A stretch of DNA of 64,000 nt, taken from Amoebidium appalachense (taxonomy: Eukaryota > Protista > Ichthyosporea). Made by a program: the position numbers and the translations under genes. The notes beneath the pieces were generated by a model, which was not told where the DNA came from, ran no database searches, and saw nothing but the letters and a program-made list of their open reading frames with translations. The stretch covers positions 2,422,763 through 2,486,762 of the forward strand of contig CAVNZM010000008.1 of the NCBI GenBank assembly GCA_963693365.1. Reading direction: 5' to 3'. This document shows, piece by piece, positions 1 to 36,361 of this stretch; within the stretch, counting starts at the first letter, position 1; the number at the start of each line of letters is the position of its first letter.

Positions 1-184
1 AAGTGGTGCTTACCAAAAACAGTAACTTTCATTTAAGCCATTTCAACCTTAGCGATCTTTTAAAGCACTTCCCCCTGAACGACTTCCTTCCACCCATGCC
101 CCCCTTATCTCTCTACTCACTCTCCACCTAACGGCTGAGCCGGCGTTTGTCCTGCATTCCTGTACATGGTGTTTGGCAACGCCA

Positions 185-219
<35 letters not shown>

Positions 220-410
220 ATATGCAGGGCAAAAGCTTAGCATAAGTTCAAACGCCACGTTTACACGGCATCACGCCACCAGTTACCAGCTTTCACCGAC
301 GACCCCACGCTCACGGTCCCACAATCACGGTCCCACACCAACAATCCCACTGCGCCATTACACCCTTAACCACATTGCCTAATATGGACCATTGCCTAAT
401 ATGGACATAC

Positions 411-11150
<10,740 letters not shown>

Positions 11151-12115
11151 CGTGGCTGGCACTGTAAGAAATAGAAACGTGAATAAGCGAGGTATCGACA
11201 AGACAGGTGAAGAACTTTGAATGAAAAATAGGGGGGAGGTGGTGGTCGTGGGGGAGGGGGGTGGGGGGACGGGGATGTATGCATGAGAGGGGCGGGCGGG
11301 CGGGGTTAAGGGGAGAGGGGGTATAAAACAAAAAAAAATTAGAGAAAAAAAAGAAATGCCGAAACAGGATCGAATAGGAGTCCATGAGGAGTGCGAGGGG
11401 TGCGCGGGGGAGGAGGGGGGGATAAATGAACTCTGTCGAAGCGAATTGGGGAGGGGGTAGGGGCATCATATACAACTTGTAAAGAAATCGATTTGACCCG
11501 TGAAGAGGCGGACAAGCAAGAAGTACCTTCACGATTGGGGGGGCGAGGGAGGGGGGGGGGTAAGAGAAGAGGGATTGGAGGGAGGGGGGAGCATCATGGA
11601 AAGGAATATATGCGAGGCCGACTGGTGGTGGGTGGGGAGAGGGTTAGATGCAGGATGGACTAACATTGTGAGAGTGGGTGAGGGCTGAAGGAACCTGCAA
11701 GTGAGAGCTGTGTGAACGAGGGGTGGGGTGGGAGGAAGGAAATGCACGGGGGTGATGAAGGGGGGAGGGAGGGGGTCAAAGAAACGCAAGAATAAATGAG
11801 AAAAAAAACAGGCGGGGGGGGGGATGGGGGGGGGGGAGGGGCGGAGAGAAGGGGGGAGAGATAAAGAATTGGAGAGAAAGAGGGAGGGAGAGGGAGGGAG
11901 GGAGGTGGGGGAGGGGGGTGGGGGGGGGAGGCAGCGAGAGATAGAGTGAGAGGAAGAGGGAGGGAGGGAGGGAGGGAGGGAGGGAGAGTTTGGGGGGGAG
12001 GGAGGCGGAGAGAAAGAGAGAAGAGAGGGAGAGAGGGATGGAGAGAGAAAGAGATAGAAAGAGAGGAGGAAGAGAGAGAGAGAGAGAGAGAGAGGGAGGG
12101 AGGGAGGGCGGGGGG

Positions 12116-12192
<77 letters not shown>

Positions 12193-13760
12193 AGGGAGGG
12201 AGGGAGGGAGGGAGGGAGGGAGAAAGAGAGAGTAGGGCAGAGAAGGAGGGCAGGGCTAGCAGCATTAAGCACTTTGAGGAGGTGGGGTATTTGCTTGGAC
12301 GAACGAGCTCGAGAGGCCATGCAGACAGGTGCAAAAGTCTTCTAGCAATGTGGAGGGCGTATGTTGCAGTATTGGTAACAAAATGACGAAAGACGAAGTG
12401 TCGGTGAATTCCATGCAGTGAGAGCACAAACAGTGGTAAAATGAGGAATGTTACAACCATTAGGTGCCAACCGCAAAGTGGTTTTAGTGTCGATTCACCG
12501 TTGTGCCCTGCTCCGCAAACCACAAACAAGGGCGCACATACGTCTACACAACCACGGCACACACATGCACGTCAAACAAACACACATACATGCACGCATC
12601 ACATAAACACAGGCAGACACAGCCACACACAAAGCACACGCGCGCGCGCATGCACGCACACACCCACGAAGGAACACAAACGCGCACGCACAACTACGAA
12701 CACAAACGCGCAGGCACAAACGTGCACACAGTACATACAGCCGTACAAGCAACCACAGGAAAGGCAGCCTTCGCACCAATGTGTTCAGCGAAGCAATCTA
12801 CGTCTCGAAACCTACCTTTTACAAGTCTCGAAACCTACCGTAAAAGGTCTCTGATCAATGAAGCTACGAATCACCTTAGAGCTTGGCCAACGGCATCTTT
12901 CTTCCACAAAGGATATATATGCCGATGTGCGGCCCTAAAATGTACCATGAACTGACTTCAATGGGAAAAAAAAGGTAGCTCAAGCCCTATTCAGCAAGTA
13001 GTTATATGTCACTGGAAGTGGGTCTATGAGAGCAGGAAACTTGCACGTTCGCACCGGAACATGAGAGTCATGTGCCCCTAATAAAACAAGCCTCAAATTT
13101 GGTCTTCAAACGGCACGCCAGCGGAAAGCAAATTGAACTTGCGGGGGAGGCTCCCAGGCCTGGGCTCGGGCTGCGACTGTCGGCCACCATGGTGTTTCAG
13201 ATCTCTTACGTCATATATCAGTTCAACAATTACCATAAGCAGACAAAACAGAAAGATAGGGTTTGATGTTGTAGACTATAAATACGAGCGCGCTGAATGG
13301 CTGAGCCGCTGTCAGATTTCGCCTTATTTGGCTAATAAAAATTCCAGAAAGAATTCCAGCAAAGAAGCTTACTTTTTTGAAAAACTGGTATTGAATAACA
13401 CAAGACATAAATCCCCCTTTTGAATATATAGTTTCCTTTAAAGCCCCCTTTACTCGGCTTTTTTCTCATCCTTGCACTGTTTTACTACACCAATGTCCCG
13501 GGGATTTTAGTGACAACACATACCGTACGTACACAAACAACTCGGCGGTGCACAGGCCGAAGAAAAGCTGACGACGAGCGTTTCATCCCATGTAATGGTG
13601 TCCGCACCATACACACCTACACTCAGATACTAACCTTGACGCACATAACTTAGAAGGCCCGGGGCACTAACTTTTGGGCAGAACTTTGATGCGCACGCGC
13701 TAGTTCAACTGAAAGAGGGATGGGTATATTGAAGGTAACAGATGGTGCCCCGGGGAGGGG

Positions 13761-13799
<39 letters not shown>

Positions 13800-14000
13800 A
13801 GTCAAGAGAGTACAGGGTTCCGGACACGGATCTTCCAAAAAACGTTAACGTGGCACAGGCATTACAAGAAGCTACAGATGCAGCTGTCAGGCGACTTTTA
13901 CAATCAGTTTGCTTTAGCTCTAGAAAAATCCCCGGGGAGATGGATGGTTGGTTGCGTGTGTAGGCGTTGTTTGTTTGTTCGGGGCTTGGGAAAGAGAGCT

Positions 14001-14074
<74 letters not shown>

Positions 14075-14276
14075 GACCGCTCCTCCCCACCCACCCCGAC
14101 CGTGCCCCACCCAACACACACACACATGCTCACACTCGACACAAACACACACCCCACCCTCTTTGGGGAAAAAAGGGGACAAAAAAAGGGAAAAAGAAAA
14201 GAAAAACATTGCGCCCCGGCCCACCGAAGTGCTGAGGAAATGTACTAATTATTTAGAATATTCACCCTTGCTAAAA

Positions 14277-14560
14277 GCAGAATCATTCTGCAGACAGCAG
14301 AATCATTTAGCTAGAAGCAGAATAGAATCATTCTGCCAAAAGCAGAATTATTCTGCCAATAGAATCATTCTGCTGTCGAAAGCTGGATAATTCTGCTTTT
14401 TGCGGAATAGTTCTGATAAAAGCAGAGTGATTTTGCTTTTGCAGAATTATTGTCCTAAAAGCAGAAAAAATATCTAAATATAGAGCGACTCTGTTTTGCA
14501 GAACAAGTCTGTGTTTTGCAGAATGATCCCGCTTTTTGCAGAATAACACTTCTTTTTGCA
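14277..14560. repeat. Array of degenerate 15-bp palindromes GCAGAATNATTCTGC with ~20-bp period
   Basis: gcagaatcattctgc at 14277, gcagaattattctgc at 14342, agaatcattctgc at 14324 and 14361, followed by progressively decayed ttttgcagaa units. Confidence 0.8.
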
Positions 14561-15528
14561 AGTTGACTCCCGATATGGTTCAGCCCTCTCCAACCGGACG
14601 GGCTGCACTGCGCGCGCTCGAACTCATTTTGCTGAGTATTTATTTCGGAATATACAACAATCGAACCTGACCTTTAGCTATATCCACTATGCCACAGAAC
14701 GTGGTCATTCATTAACCATTGCGTTCTACAATGTACACGGTTCGATTTAAGTTTTAAATGTCTCTAAGTATCTTGCATGACATATATGCGTCAGAACAAA
14801 AGCTACTGTAACATAACAGTTGCTATGTTTGACCATTTCATAGGCTTAAGCTATCGGAAAAGCTAAATTTGATGTGTGTAATTATCGCAGTGCTCACATT
14901 GTAAACTGTCACCACAATTCCAATTGATTTACAGCACTAATATTAACCCACATGCATGCCAATAATAAACACCAATAATAAACAGCATACATCCCCCCTC
15001 CCCCCCCCCCCAACCCATCCCCACTGCTATAATTACTATTAGGCTTATAGAGCCCAATAGAATATACTCAAGGCCATGTTACAGCGAGTTATCATCACAG
15101 TACACCAAAATGTATCTTCTCCAATATTACTGCATAATCAGATAACTTGAATCTCACTCCAATTGATGGTTACAGAAAATTTTGAATTCATCAAAGCATA
15201 CCGTTACGAGCGGCACCATATATCCTCAAATTCATATTAGATATCAACAAACAATATACCTGCTAATATAGATAAATGTTCAATTGTTATCCCGGCCACC
15301 TAGCGATACGACTTCATACTACCAATCCCCCTTTCCAGTTCATTTTACCGTATTTCCTCCTCGACATTTTGAAACAAATCCTCAACCCCATTACCTATAC
15401 TAAATATATCTCACCTTGGCTTAGTCGGTCCATTATTTACACAACAGCAGCCATATCTTATGCGGTAATATGCCTACAAATAGTAGTAAATATATCTCAC
15501 ATGTGATAAACCGCCCAATAAAAATACA

Positions 15529-28466
<12,938 letters not shown>

Positions 28467-28646
28467 CTGCGCTACCGCAGACTCTACTGTGGCGACCGGT
28501 GTGCGTCGATCACAGTGCGCATGCATGCACGCCATTGCACGGGCAGTCACGGGACGGTGGAAGCATGCAGTGGACGGTGGAGCATGCAGTGGCCTGTCAC
28601 AGTTGCACTGCAGCTACGCTAAGGTTCCTCCGGCCTACGCATAGTA

Positions 28647-28713
<67 letters not shown>

Positions 28714-29002
28714 CGACTGCTGACCGGAGATAGGACCAAGGGCGGCCGTAACTGCGCCCATCGAGCATGGACACTGATAACATATGCTTATGCAGGGCTC
28801 TTTACGTGCGCAACAGCGACACACGCGTACGCACGAACTTTTTTTCTTTTTTTCAAGTCTTTTTTTCGAGCTCGAGGCTCCTGTCCCCCCCCCCCCCCCC
28901 TTCCTCCCCCCACCCCCCCATCCCATCCAACCTCCTCCCCTAAATCTCTCCGGCGCATGCACGTGCATACATGTATGCATGTGCCGTTATAACAATAGAG
29001 CA

Positions 29003-29077
<75 letters not shown>

Positions 29078-29273
29078 GAGAGGGGGGGGGGGGGGGAAGG
29101 GAGAGGGAGGGCCGGGAGGGGGGAGAGAGACTCGGAGAGAGAGAGAGAACGGAGAGGAGAGCTGAGTGCGTGTGTATGTGTGTATGTGTGTGCGTGTGCG
29201 TGTGCGTGTGCGTGTGCGTGTGCGTGTGTGTACGCGTGTGCGTGTTTGCGGGCGCGCGCGCGCGCGCGTGTGT

Positions 29274-29318
<45 letters not shown>

Positions 29319-30868
29319 TGTATGTGTGTGTGTGTGAAACTGTGTGCGTGCTAACGTGCCGCGTGTGCACTTTGGCGGTCCACAGAACGATGTCACTTGT
29401 ACAATGTGCTAATATTTGGCATGCCCTACACTACGGGCTCCAGTGTCGACCCCCAACTTGACCAGGATATCATCATGATGGTCGTGTAGTAACAGTTATA
29501 TGCACGTGCACGTTTCCGCGTCACCGTCTGCGGAAAACTGTTGAAGTTCGAAACGAACACCGCCGAACCATACCCATGCATGACTGAATGTTCTACAGTT
29601 TCACCCCGAACACTATGCACCACAATCACCGTCGATGGAGAAGAATCTACGACCGAGCAGGCCAAGTTGAGCTGCCTCGTTGACTTTTGTATGGGCAACG
29701 CCATCTGCTATGCCATAGAGATCAGCGCGGTTTGCGCAAACACGATTTCTGCCGCTAAGCATATGCAATTTCATGGTTTCGACGGCGGCAGAAAAACATA
29801 ATACTTAGAGATGGTGGTGCGGCTGTGTGAAAAGTGGACACTTAGTATTTAACAACAAATAAACACGTACACGCGTCCTATGTTATGTGTTTTACACCTC
29901 CTATGCTTTTTGTACGCATCTGTAAAGTAATCGTGGTAGATAGTTTTCAAGATGCCTGCCTGTGTAGCTGAGTGGTGTGGAAACCCCAACGAAAAAGATC
30001 CACAAGTTCCATGGTTTCATAGGCTCATCTAGAAATGAAGAGACAATATTGCAATTGAAGAGTGTAAACTAAGTTGAGCGTTTGGCTGCGTTTGGGTAAA
30101 CTAAAAAGTACATAGACGAAGAAAGACACGCTCTGGATTACCTCAGAGATCCACGCTCACATCCTGCCTCACCTCCACGGGCACCCACTCCAAAAAAGTA
30201 AGAAGAAGGGATCCGGAAAGGAACACAACTCTAAAAAACGCGAAAGTAACGCAGGGCACAAGAATTCATCTCTATGGCGCCTTAAAAAACTTTCCTTATG
30301 CTCAACCACTTTCATCTAGAACACATCGGAAAGATGGCAAGCTTTAATAGATCGTCTGCCCTTGGAACGTGCCAAAGAGCCCGTTCTTGCACACCCTTCG
30401 CGGGTTCGCCTGTGTAATAAAAATTAAGGCGGACGCTCATCATGACGGAAATACGAGAATAGCTTAGTGAGCGGGGTGATCACGAGATGATGAGGAAGGG
30501 GTTAAAGAGAGAGACCTACTGGTGAAAAAGCGACACAACATGCAAGTTGCAAACGAGCTGCCTAGCGGTGATGCGGAAGATGAGTCTTTGAAAGCCGAAA
30601 ACAAAAGAACAAGACGTTGGAAGGGGGAGGGGGTGGGGGAAGGCACGGGATGGGGGGGGGGGGGGGGGGGGGGGGGAAGGGTGGGGAGATAGAGAGAGAG
30701 CGAGAGAGAGAGAGGGGGGGGGGGGGGGAGAGAGAGAGAGAGAGAGAGAGAGAAAGGGAGAGAGTGAGAGAGAGAGCTTGGGGGAGAGGGGTGGGGGGGG
30801 GGGGGGGGTACAGATTGTCCTCCTGGCATTTCATTATTTCATGGTTTTAGAACCTAAAGACTTCATTT

Positions 30869-30945
<77 letters not shown>

Positions 30946-31009
30946 AGGGAGGGAGGGAGAGAGAGAGAGAGTGAGAGGGAGAGAGAGAGAGTCTGTGTGT
31001 GTGTGTGTG

Positions 31010-31043
<34 letters not shown>

Positions 31044-31550
31044 GTGTAAACTAATCGAACATGAAAGGAGGGAGCCTGGGGGAAATGGGTGGGAAGAGAG
31101 AGAGAGAGGGAGAGAGGGAGGGAGGGAGGGAGAGAACATGTAGGAAGGGGGGGGGGGGGGGGGGGAGGGGGGGGATGCTGATAAGGTCGAGAACGAACAG
31201 GAAGGGAAGGCATGGGTGTGTGAAGGCGAGAGAGGGGGGGAGGAAGGGGGGGGGGGATATGAGCGTGGCGAAAGGGTAAGGAGGTGGGGGGGGGGGGGGA
31301 GGGGGAGGGTCAGAGAGTAAGGAGGGGGGAAGGTCAGATCTTGGTGTCACGTGTGTGTATGTGTGTGGGGGGGGGGGGGGGGGCTGACGGAGGGACGGAG
31401 AGTACGGAGAGGGAATGTGCGTGTGTGTGTGTGGGGGGGGGGGAGGGGGGGGGATATAGGGGTTGCTGAGGGCCGAGGCGGCAGAAAGGGTACCGAGACA
31501 GGGAAGGGTAGGGGGAGGGGAGGAGGAGGGAAGAGTTTGTGCGTGTGTGT

Positions 31551-31582
<32 letters not shown>

Positions 31583-32840
31583 GAGGGAGAAATGCCCGGG
31601 AAAGGAAGGAGACCTCTTCAGTATCAATGTTGGCGCTGATTTAAATGATGCCACAGTTGCTCAACATTCATTTATAGACTATTATTGTTTAGGTAACACA
31701 GCATTCATTCTACATTTCGTTATTAGTGACAGTCTATAATAATCCACTAAGTAGTAACTTCCCAACCGTAATACAACCCTACAACTCAGGTTGAAGATGG
31801 CCCCTCCTGTTTTGAGATCCCTTAGAATCGCCCCATATTTCGTTTTGAGCTCAGCTCCCGCGTCCGTACTCAAGTATGCTTGGAGAGCTGGGATCAGTTC
31901 AAACGTTTTTCCACCGGCCTAAAGTTGTGTGCGCAAGCTCTCTCTTTCTCTATTTAGCCTCAATAAAGGCAGCTTTGGGTTATTGACCCCCCCCCCCCCC
32001 CCCCCCCCCTCATCTCTCTCACCCACTCCTCCCACCCCCTTTCTCACCTTCCTCCTGTAAATGTACAGCTTGTGTGGTCCTGAGCCTTAGCAACAATTTG
32101 CCACAGGCATTGACTGGAACTTTTTCATGGGCACCCCACCAACACGCAGCCAAACACATGCAAAAGAAGTTTTTAGGTCCACGATGGTAGAAAGATCTTT
32201 GGCAAACCAGCCACCTGTTTGCGTCCTACTGCTGTTTTCACCTTGCCACTGCATGAAAGCCTGATGCAGAAAGCACATGACATCCATAGCCACTATCTTC
32301 TCACTTATATCTGTACGTTCTGTTTGCTCCAAACCCAGTCGATAAAAGGTGTATTGCCGATGATGAATTGTTTCGACTAGATCTTATCTATCTTATGAAC
32401 TACCTCACTAACTATGTCCCTTTGGTAGCAACTGTTGAACGCATAGAAAAACATATAAAAGTGTCTCAGGGTCCCCGTCCGAGTATGTGTTCGCTTTGTG
32501 CTGTTCTGGTTACTACGGGCTCTTTCTAGTGACCTAGTATATAACAAACGCAAAACCTTTTTTCGCTCGCACTTCTGCCTGGGAGAAACAGGCTTCAAGC
32601 GGAAAACTGCTTAGCGGCAGATGTCGGGACCAATCGAGTGTTTGCGCAATCACGCTGATCTCTATATCATCAGTGTGGAGTGATAAGACTGAACGTCGCA
32701 ACGGAATTTCTTCCGGGATTCCTATTGGCCAATATATCCAAATGTAAACAATACTGGCGAATCAAAATTCAGCGGGTATAGCCATCAAAACTTGTCATTG
32801 TCAATAGATCTTTTCATCATGTACATAGGCCCCTCTGAGC

Positions 32841-32878
32841 CAAGGCCTCCTAAACAGCACATGATTTAGGAGGCCTTG
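32841..32878. mobile_element. 38-bp minimal TIR element (MITE) with 8-bp TSD, P-element- or hAT-type
   Basis: Perfect 14-bp TIRs CAAGGCCTCCTAAA / TTTAGGAGGCCTTG around a 10-nt spacer; CTCTGAGC is duplicated on both sides (32833-32840 and 32879-32886). Confidence 0.85.
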
Positions 32879-34219
32879 CTCTGAGCCCCCGGCCTCACTC
32901 AGGCTCCGGTCCCTCGGGTCCGGCCCTTTTGCAAGAGAGAGGGCCTTTCCTCGCACTGTAGAAATGGTACCGGTGCGAAGGGTAAAAAAGATTATATGTT
33001 GAAGACAACAATCATGTTAGGAACGGAGGCTTATATAAATCGATGTCGACACATCCGGGCCGTACTGTGCGCAGCGGCCTCTGACTGTCCGGCGGACATG
33101 CATGCATCGTGATCAGAGAGGGCGGGGCTGGAGTCCGAGGCTGGACATACGCGTCACACCAAACGTCCACGTCCGCGCTCACAGATAGACTCACAGATAA
33201 CATTACGTACATGTAGTGCTACAGTAATGTATATACATCTTGTAGCTGGCGCGCATACCGTTAGGATGCAAGTACACAGCTGGCCATATGCATGGCCCGA
33301 TTTAGCTATGATGAAATCTGCCGGCCAGTCTCAGGTCCCGGACGAGTGAATATTTCAGCTGGCAGTGGAAGAAAGCTTTTGAATAGGATCAATTGTAATG
33401 CCGCGTGGGTACTCCTGAGTCCTGATGCCAACTATTAACAGCTAGGCTACGTATTCTGCTACGTATACAGATTTACTGAGGTATCAGTACGACATAGCCC
33501 ACAAACCTGTATTACGATCTCCTGCTACTGAGGCAAACATGGGATCGACTGAATTGCTGCAACCTCACCCATACTGGATAGCTAGTATCAGAATGTGCAC
33601 TATGAGGGCCTCATCACTGCACAAGAGAGCCTGAGAGGCATCACCAGAGTCACCGTGCCCTTAAAAGGTCACGGTCCTCACGGATACCGTTATCAATGCA
33701 CGTGATGCCATTGTGTGGGCACTGGGCCCAGAAGTATACCCGAGAAGCCACTTTGTTCAGTCTATTGGCCATAACAAATAAAAAATTATGCCACCGTGGA
33801 CGTGCACCGTTTCACGTGCATGTTCTTGGTGAGCCAAGGTGACGTCGTTCCGTGACCCGTTGGTCATCCGGGTTGGCTTTCGAATCGCTGCTCGGGTTAT
33901 GCGGAATGCGCAGCATGATTTGCGCCTCTCTAGGTATTTGCTGCTTATTTGCACGAGAAACTTTAGCTAATCATATAGAACGCTTAGTAGAGGTATTAAA
34001 TTGCGGTTTGATTTGATTACTGGCCTTTTCCAAAGAAAAATTTTGTGTCTATCATCGAGACATGGCATTCTAAAAGGCTATGCCTGAGCAAAGCTCACCG
34101 CCGGAATGCAAGAGCCCGTAAGTGACCTGCTGACCCGGATCGCTACCTCCGATTGATTCGCGATGGCGACAAAATGATAATAGTGGAATGTGCTGATAGA
34201 TAATTTAAGCCATTTCCAA

Positions 34220-34408
34220 CCAATCAGAAACGTTCATATTTTGTGCGATGGAGTGATTGGCCAAAAAGAACTGAGACTGCCGAAAAAGAGATTCGAAAGC
34301 AAATGCCATTATCAAGATGAGCCAATCAATGAACGAGTATCCATCGTGGCTCCGCACGCGCGGTCGCAGCTCCTATATATAAGAAGCCGCCTGTTCGTTT
34401 CTCACTTT
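34220..34408 (+). promoter_or_regulatory. Pol II core and proximal promoter: three CCAAT boxes, TATA box, Inr
   Basis: CCAAT 34220, ATTGG 34256, CCAAT 34322; TATATATAAG 34374-34383; Inr-like TCACTTT 34402-34408 with its A 30 nt from the start of the TATA; lies directly upstream of the ORF at 34591. Confidence 0.7.
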
Positions 34409-34590
34409 GTAACCAAACGCAACCTGACCAAAGAAAACTAAACAAAAAGGCCGTCAATGAGTTTACGAGACCAACTTCACCCTAAGAAAAACACACTGAA
34501 ACACACAAGAAGCACCAGTTGACTTTAGTAACAGTTTATAGTATCATTGTCTACGGATTCTCAGCTTGCCTGACCATCACAAAAACGAAA

Positions 34591-34962
34591 ATGTTCAGTG
34601 AAGGATTTGTTGACCGTCTCGCCACCACGAGGCGCAGTGCTATGTTTGAGCACACAGACGACTTTGAAGCTGTTTTCCAACTGAGAGAAGAGCTCGAGAG
34701 AGAGACGGCTCCCGAGTATGCGTACCGTCAAGCATTCAACGCAATAGAATGTGTACAAAGCAAGTCAAAGTGCGAACAAAGAGTGAAGGCCGTGCATTTC
34801 GCCAGCCCAATCGTCATTCCCGCGCGCAACTGCAAAGATCTCTCCGTGGACTTCCATAAGAAGACACCCATGGTTATGGAGGATAGGCACATAGTGGACG
34901 TTTTCTCGCCCAAGAAGAAGACATCTTTTCTCCTTCGCCTCGTGCGCAACCTTGTGCACTAA
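34591..34962 (+). CDS. Intronless hypothetical protein, 123 aa (MFSEGFVDRLATTRR...LLRLVRNLVH)
   Basis: Non-repetitive ORF with protein-like composition, ATG in gaaaATG context, clear promoter upstream, AATAAA at 35294. No family recognised. Confidence 0.65.
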   Translation: MFSEGFVDRLATTRRSAMFEHTDDFEAVFQLREELERETAPEYAYRQAFNAIECVQSKSKCEQRVKAVHFASPIVIPARNCKDLSVDFHKKTPMVMEDRHIVDVFSPKKKTSFLLRLVRNLVH

Positions 34963-36317
34963 AACGAAACAAGAGGGCAGCGAAAAAGACGCTGGCGAAT
35001 AGGAAACAAACCAACTTCCCTTGTACCATTGAATGAATGACTGTATTTTTTGTGCTTTTTGGTGATGTTGTTGAATGAAAACCTCTACTGTATGGTAAAT
35101 ATTACGTGGCTTAGATACAAGACCACGCTTTGAATTGTAATCTATATAAACTTACTCAAAGTGCATTAATGAAGGTTCTAACTAATTCTCGAACGGGGGT
35201 TGCTGCAGTGCAGCTTCTCCACTGTTGTAATCTAATGCTACGTGCTAAACAGACTGTATTCACACCAACAAACTTCAATAATGTACCAATGAAAATAAAT
35301 ACACCTGAACCTTAAGGAGATTGTCCGAGCTTTTTTTTTCTGGCAAGCGATAAACGAAAACCAAAAGACGAACTTGAAAATGCTTCACTCCTGCTGATGG
35401 CTGGGTACATGTGTACACACATGCCGTGGTGCGTTGTGCGCTGAATTTGTACACTTCCGAGAGCCATTGGCAATGTGCATCTTACGTGCCTTTGAGTAAC
35501 AGTGTAAGACTCAACCACAGCTATGGCACGAAATCGCAGCTCAAACTAGGCTCCTAGCCCAGCGCAAACACAAAGCTCACTATTTCGCCCGTGCTTGTAC
35601 ATATAGTACTGGTTTCATAGTACAGGTCTGCCAGCACGATCATTTATTGCAGCCACTGTAGCAATCCATACGCACAAATTGTGCCTAAAAGTGTTGGAAA
35701 TTAGTCACAATACAAGGGGGGGGGGGGGGGGGGGGGGGGGTATCATTGAACCTAAGGCTTGTGCGCTTCCTGCTAATGTTAGCCCCCTGGACACCCTTCT
35801 TCAAATACTTCGTTGCTGTTCAACGCATGCACAAATCATGTTACCTACCTTGTCTTCCTATCCAAAAGGTTTTGCTGCACGAAAATTCCCAAGGAAATTT
35901 GCACACCGTGCAAGAAACCCATTAGACATGTGGTCGCCATAACCTAGGATCCCATGCGTTTCAAATTTTTCAACTCCGAGTGAAGTATAGAATGAAGGGT
36001 TAGAGCACAAGCGTTTCTGTGGCATCATGCACATCATGGGTTCAGCCTATGCGGTTCTCATTAAAGAGGCACCTGGTTGTGGGTACTGACCCAAAAGCAC
36101 TGTAGCATGGAAAGGGAGTGTCTAAAAAGAGCGTTTAAAAAAAATTTGCATACTGGACACACACATCATCGAACTACTGGTATCTGTATGCGTTTGAAAG
36201 TGCTCCATGTACACACACAAGTGTACACCGTATCACAAGGAGCATAAGTTTGATATGAACTGGGAGAGGGGGGAGGGGGGGGGGGGGGGGGGGGGGGCAG
36301 AGAGTGTCGAGTCCCCC

Positions 36318-36361
<44 letters not shown>

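Noticed and set aside
14277-14400. Heat-shock element array
   Set aside because: GAA and TTC are separated by 3 nt, not the 2 nt of nGAAnnTTCn.
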